From: an uncultured Methylomirabilota bacterium
Lineage (GTDB): Bacteria > Methylomirabilota > Methylomirabilia > Methylomirabilales > 2-02-FULL-66-22
Direction of reading: 5' to 3'
Assembly: GCA_963705305.1 (NCBI GenBank)
Contig: OY970067.1
Span: 2,976,001 to 3,040,000, forward strand
Length of the DNA: 64,000 nucleotides
The translations under genes were made by a program, and so were the position numbers. This document shows positions 60,581 to 64,000 of this stretch, one piece after another. Numbering within the stretch: the first letter of the stretch is position 1; each line of letters begins with the position of its first letter. Under the pieces are notes generated by a model, which was not told where the DNA came from, did no database searches, and was given only the letters and a program-made list of their open reading frames with translations.

Positions 60581-62542
60581 ATGCCTCCGACCCACCACCT
60601 GCCGGCGGACAATCCCGGTTTCCTTGACACCCTGACGTGGGACCATGAGCGGGCCCGAACGCTGGCGCTGCAGGCCCTTCGGGACGGGCGCTTCCGCCGG
60701 CTGGCCCAGGCGCTCTCCTCCGACTCCGGCGGCGCGAAGGCCTCTCTAGAGCGAATCGTCCGGCAGGCCTCGCGGCCCCCCGTGACTCTGTTCCCGGGTT
60801 CGGCCCAGGTGCTGCCGGGAGAGCTCTGGCTGCTGGGCGAGCTGCCGGATGGAGAACAGCTGCTGCTGGCCGTGTCCGCGGGGCAAATCCCCCCCCAGCG
60901 GGGAGGAGGCCTGCGTCCCTTGTGCAGCCTCCGATTTGAAGGCTCGGGCGTGGCGGGCGAGGCGGCCGCGTTCCCGATGGACCTCGTCCATCTGCGGGCC
61001 TTCCTGCGCCGCGTGGCGCCCCAGGTCGCCCCGGTCCCGCCGTCCCGCCCCGGCCTCGGCATCGGCTGCCGGATGGGCGTCCTGGATCTTCCGGTGGCGC
61101 TCCGAACGGTCAGCCGGTTCGATCTCTGCGCCTCGGTCATCCAGAGCTCCGTCTATCGCGAGCTCGCTCCCCTGGAAGAGCTCGCCGGCTTCCCGCCGCC
61201 AGAGATCGAGCTGCCGGGCGTGGGGAAGGTGCCGCTGGGGCATACGGGGCAGTCCATCACCGGCCAATTCCTGGCCATGATGGCGGCACGCCTCAAGCTG
61301 GGAGACCGGACACCCATCGCGGCGGATGCCGATCATCTGCCCCTGCGGGGGATGTCGCCGGAGGGGCGCCGGTTGGCGCGCCGCCTGGTGCGGGAGGCCT
61401 CCGACCGGACGCTCTACACCCTGGACCCGCATTTCTGCCTGTACGGCGGCGACGCCATTCTGGGCGAGGCGTTGTTCCAGGGACGGCAGCCGGAGCTGGA
61501 GACGGCGTTCCGCCGCCGGTTCTCGGCCGGCGAGCAGCGGGAGCTGCTGACCCGATTTGCTGGCCGCCGGTTCCGCGTGCCGGACCCGGCCGGCGGCCGC
61601 GGTCACGAAATCTCATTCGGCCGCGCCGAGGTACAGGATGCCGCCCTGCGGTTTCAAGAGCCGCTGCGGGCGATCGAGGAGGCGTGCGCGGAGATCCGGC
61701 AGGTGAAGGTCGGGGCCCCCTTCGTCGTGGAGGTCTCCATCGACGAGGTGCCGGGCCTCAGCGAGCCGTTTCACTTCTACTACCTGGCGTCGGAGCTTCG
61801 CCGCCGCAGCATTCCCCTGTTCTCCCTGGCGCCGGGCCTGGGTTTCAGCAAGCTGGATGTGGATGTCCGCGACGCCCGGGGAGCGTTCGAGCGCCGGGTG
61901 CGGGTCCTGGCGGGGGTGGCCGCCCACTTCGGCGTCGTCATGGGCATCCACTCGGGAGACGGCAAGAGCGTCCGGACCCGGCGGCTGCTGTCCCGCGCCA
62001 CGGGGGGGAACTTCTGGTATAAGATCTCGCCGGACCGCCAGCGAAATTTCTTCGCGGCCCTGTTCCGGTGCCCGCGAGGGTCGGAGGGGAGGCGCCTGTT
62101 CGACCAGATCTACCGGCTGACCCTCGCCCGGGTGATCCGGCTGGCGCTGTCCGCGGGGGGCGAGACCGAGCGCGTTGCCCGCCAGACGCTGGGGACGGTG
62201 GCCGGAGGGCGAGGCCTCTCGCGGGCGGTGGCGACGCAGCTGATGGGGGCGCTGGGAGGGGAGGAGCGCGGCCGCCCGGCCCGGATCCGCTGCCTGCTGA
62301 CAGACGTACATGCCGCCTCGCCGCGCCAGATCCCGGGCGATCTCGAGGATGGGATCACCCACGACTACGCGTTTACCGCCGTCGGCGAGCGGGATGCCCG
62401 CGGTCGTTTCCTCAATCGCGGCCGATTCTTTCGGCTGTCTCCGGAGGCCCTCCGCATCTACCACCGCCTGGACGCCAGGTATCTCACGGATCTGATCCGC
62501 TCGCTGGGCCTCGACGGAGGGGGCACCGGCGGGGGGGCTTGA
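60581..62542 (+). CDS. UxaE (tagaturonate epimerase)-like protein, divergent
   Basis: GIGCRMG, QSSVYREL, ADADHL, EVSIDE, SLAP, IHSGDGK resemble UxaE motifs; recognised from memory. Confidence 0.6.
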   Translation: MPPTHHLPADNPGFLDTLTWDHERARTLALQALRDGRFRRLAQALSSDSGGAKASLERIVRQASRPPVTLFPGSAQVLPGELWLLGELPDGEQLLLAVSAGQIPPQRGGGLRPLCSLRFEGSGVAGEAAAFPMDLVHLRAFLRRVAPQVAPVPPSRPGLGIGCRMGVLDLPVALRTVSRFDLCASVIQSSVYRELAPLEELAGFPPPEIELPGVGKVPLGHTGQSITGQFLAMMAARLKLGDRTPIAADADHLPLRGMSPEGRRLARRLVREASDRTLYTLDPHFCLYGGDAILGEALFQGRQPELETAFRRRFSAGEQRELLTRFAGRRFRVPDPAGGRGHEISFGRAEVQDAALRFQEPLRAIEEACAEIRQVKVGAPFVVEVSIDEVPGLSEPFHFYYLASELRRRSIPLFSLAPGLGFSKLDVDVRDARGAFERRVRVLAGVAAHFGVVMGIHSGDGKSVRTRRLLSRATGGNFWYKISPDRQRNFFAALFRCPRGSEGRRLFDQIYRLTLARVIRLALSAGGETERVARQTLGTVAGGRGLSRAVATQLMGALGGEERGRPARIRCLLTDVHAASPRQIPGDLEDGITHDYAFTAVGERDARGRFLNRGRFFRLSPEALRIYHRLDARYLTDLIRSLGLDGGGTGGGA

Positions 62543-62578
62543 AAGGGCCGGACTGCCGATTGGAGGGGCAAGAGGGTC

Positions 62579-63241
62579 ATGGCAACCTTACAGCTGGGAT
62601 TCCTGGCCTCGCACGGCGGCAGCAACATGCAGGCGATCATCGACGCGTGCAAGGCCGGGCGGCTGGATGCGAAGCCCCGCGTTGTGATCAGCAACAACTC
62701 CGAGGCCATGGCCCTGCAGCGGGCCAGGGCCGAGGGCATCCCGCACTACCACATCAGCGCCCTCACCCACCCGGGACCCCGGGAAGACAAAGAGATGCTG
62801 CGCGTCCTGCGAATGCACGGGGTGGATACGGTGATCCTCGCCGGCTACATGAAGATCCTGGGGCCCGTCACCCTGCGGGCCTATGCCGGCCGCATCCTGA
62901 ACATCCATCCGGCGCTGCTCCCCAAATTCGGCGGCAAGGGCATGTACGGAAAGCGCGTGCACGAGGCGGTGCTGGCGGCAGGAGAGAAGGTCACCGGCGT
63001 GACCATCCACCTGGTGGACGAACACTACGACGCCGGTCCGATCGTCAACCAGCGCCAAGTGCCCGTCCTGGAGGGGGACACGGCAGAGACGCTGGCCGCG
63101 CGGGTACTGGTGCAGGAGCACCGCCTGTACGTGGAGACCCTCCAGAAGATCTGCCGCGGCGAGATCGTCCTGCCATCGGGCGCGGCCGGGAATCGGCAGG
63201 GAGAGATGCCGCGCATGCCGGACGGAGACGAGCCAGGATGA
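62579..63241 (+). CDS. purN: Phosphoribosylglycinamide formyltransferase
   Basis: ASHGGSNMQA, LAGYMK, NIHPALLP, HLVDEHYDAGPI. Confidence 0.93.
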   Translation: MATLQLGFLASHGGSNMQAIIDACKAGRLDAKPRVVISNNSEAMALQRARAEGIPHYHISALTHPGPREDKEMLRVLRMHGVDTVILAGYMKILGPVTLRAYAGRILNIHPALLPKFGGKGMYGKRVHEAVLAAGEKVTGVTIHLVDEHYDAGPIVNQRQVPVLEGDTAETLAARVLVQEHRLYVETLQKICRGEIVLPSGAAGNRQGEMPRMPDGDEPG

Positions 63242-63330
63242 GCCAGCCAGAGGTTATAACTCCCGGCAGAGACTCGCGGACAGGCAATTTCGAATTCAAG
63301 GGTCCACCTTCGTTCTGGTGTCCCTGCCCC

Positions 63331-64000
63331 TCACGCCTTGCCGGATCCGGTGTCCCCCTCTCCGATGTCCCAGCGCCTCACCAGCTCGATCGAATCCAGA
63401 TCCAACTCGGACAGCTGAAGCGAGCCTCCGGGCGGGACTGCCCCAGTTCTCCACAGATAGGTCCCCAAGGCCTTCTCGGCCTCGCACGCCCACAGATCCT
63501 CGCCGCCCGCCACTCGACGATGGGTCACCTGCTCGGCCTGGGCCATTGCCTCGGGCAGAATGGCCACCCGCACGGGCTCCTGGTGCCCATCCGGGTGTTC
63601 CACCACGAACGTGCGCGTGCTGCCGGCCGTGGAGTCTTCCTCCGGGTCCGGCCAGAATCGAAACCCGTTCAGTGTCACACGCGACACGAGGGGCTGACCG
63701 GCCGCGCTCTGCGCCGCCTTCGGCTCGGCCGGCTCTTCGCTCCGCCTGGCCGCGGCCGCCCGGACGGCATTCCGGAGAATGTCCGGCGTCGTCGGCTTCC
63801 GTAGGAAATCGGTGGCCCCGAGCTTCATGGCATCGACGGCGAGCTCGATGGATCCGAAGGCGGTCACCATGATAATCCGCGGCGCCGGGTTGCGAGCCTT
63901 CATCTGACGGAGCGTCTCCAGCCCGTCCAGCCCCGGCATGCGTTGGTCCAGCAGCACGACGGTCCACCGGGAGCCATCCCCGAACTGCTTGAGGCCGTCC
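63331..64000 (-). CDS. Response regulator (REC plus unknown C-terminal domain), 5' end outside the window
   Basis: LLDQRMPGLDG, MVTAFGS, DFLRKP; frame open to the window edge. Confidence 0.85.
   Translation of the reverse strand, partial: DGLKQFGDGSRWTVVLLDQRMPGLDGLETLRQMKARNPAPRIIMVTAFGSIELAVDAMKLGATDFLRKPTTPDILRNAVRAAAARRSEEPAEPKAAQSAAGQPLVSRVTLNGFRFWPDPEEDSTAGSTRTFVVEHPDGHQEPVRVAILPEAMAQAEQVTHRRVAGGEDLWACEAEKALGTYLWRTGAVPPGGSLQLSELDLDSIELVRRWDIGEGDTGSGKA

Overview
High-GC bacterial chromosomal window. Gene style is loosely suggestive of a diderm such as Methylomirabilota/Rokubacteria, but this is inference only. Most of it is housekeeping: xerD, dtd, mltD-like, degP, a dnaK-hsp20-hsp20-dnaJ-hspR-htpX heat-shock cluster, proC-yggT-divIVA-yggU, thrB, uvrC, tRNA-Val, dacA-like, a cis-prenyltransferase, shc and purN. 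A catabolic-looking cluster (AOR, Zn-ADH, liv-type ABC, split aconitase X, a probable selenoprotein, RidA, UxaE-like) lies at 49.7-62.5 kb. Two things stand out. (1) At 26.6-32.5 kb there is a candidate peptide-signalling (quorum-sensing-like) circuit: an unannotated 40-aa secreted-peptide gene with its own sigma54 promoter, palindromic enhancer-like site and terminator, flanked by an NtrC-type activator, an orphan OppA-like binding protein and a frameshifted histidine kinase. (2) An IS1380-family element (2 apparently identical copies) and a 150-bp MITE with matching ends (2 copies) occupy three sites. At all three sites the left end lies exactly 14 bp upstream of the -35 box of a sigma70-like promoter that reads away from the element, suggesting promoter-guided target choice. 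Also present: a degenerate IS1202-like element with 17-bp direct repeats, and an integrase-less islet at tRNA-Val that contains a tRNA-Asn fragment interrupted by hairpin insertions.
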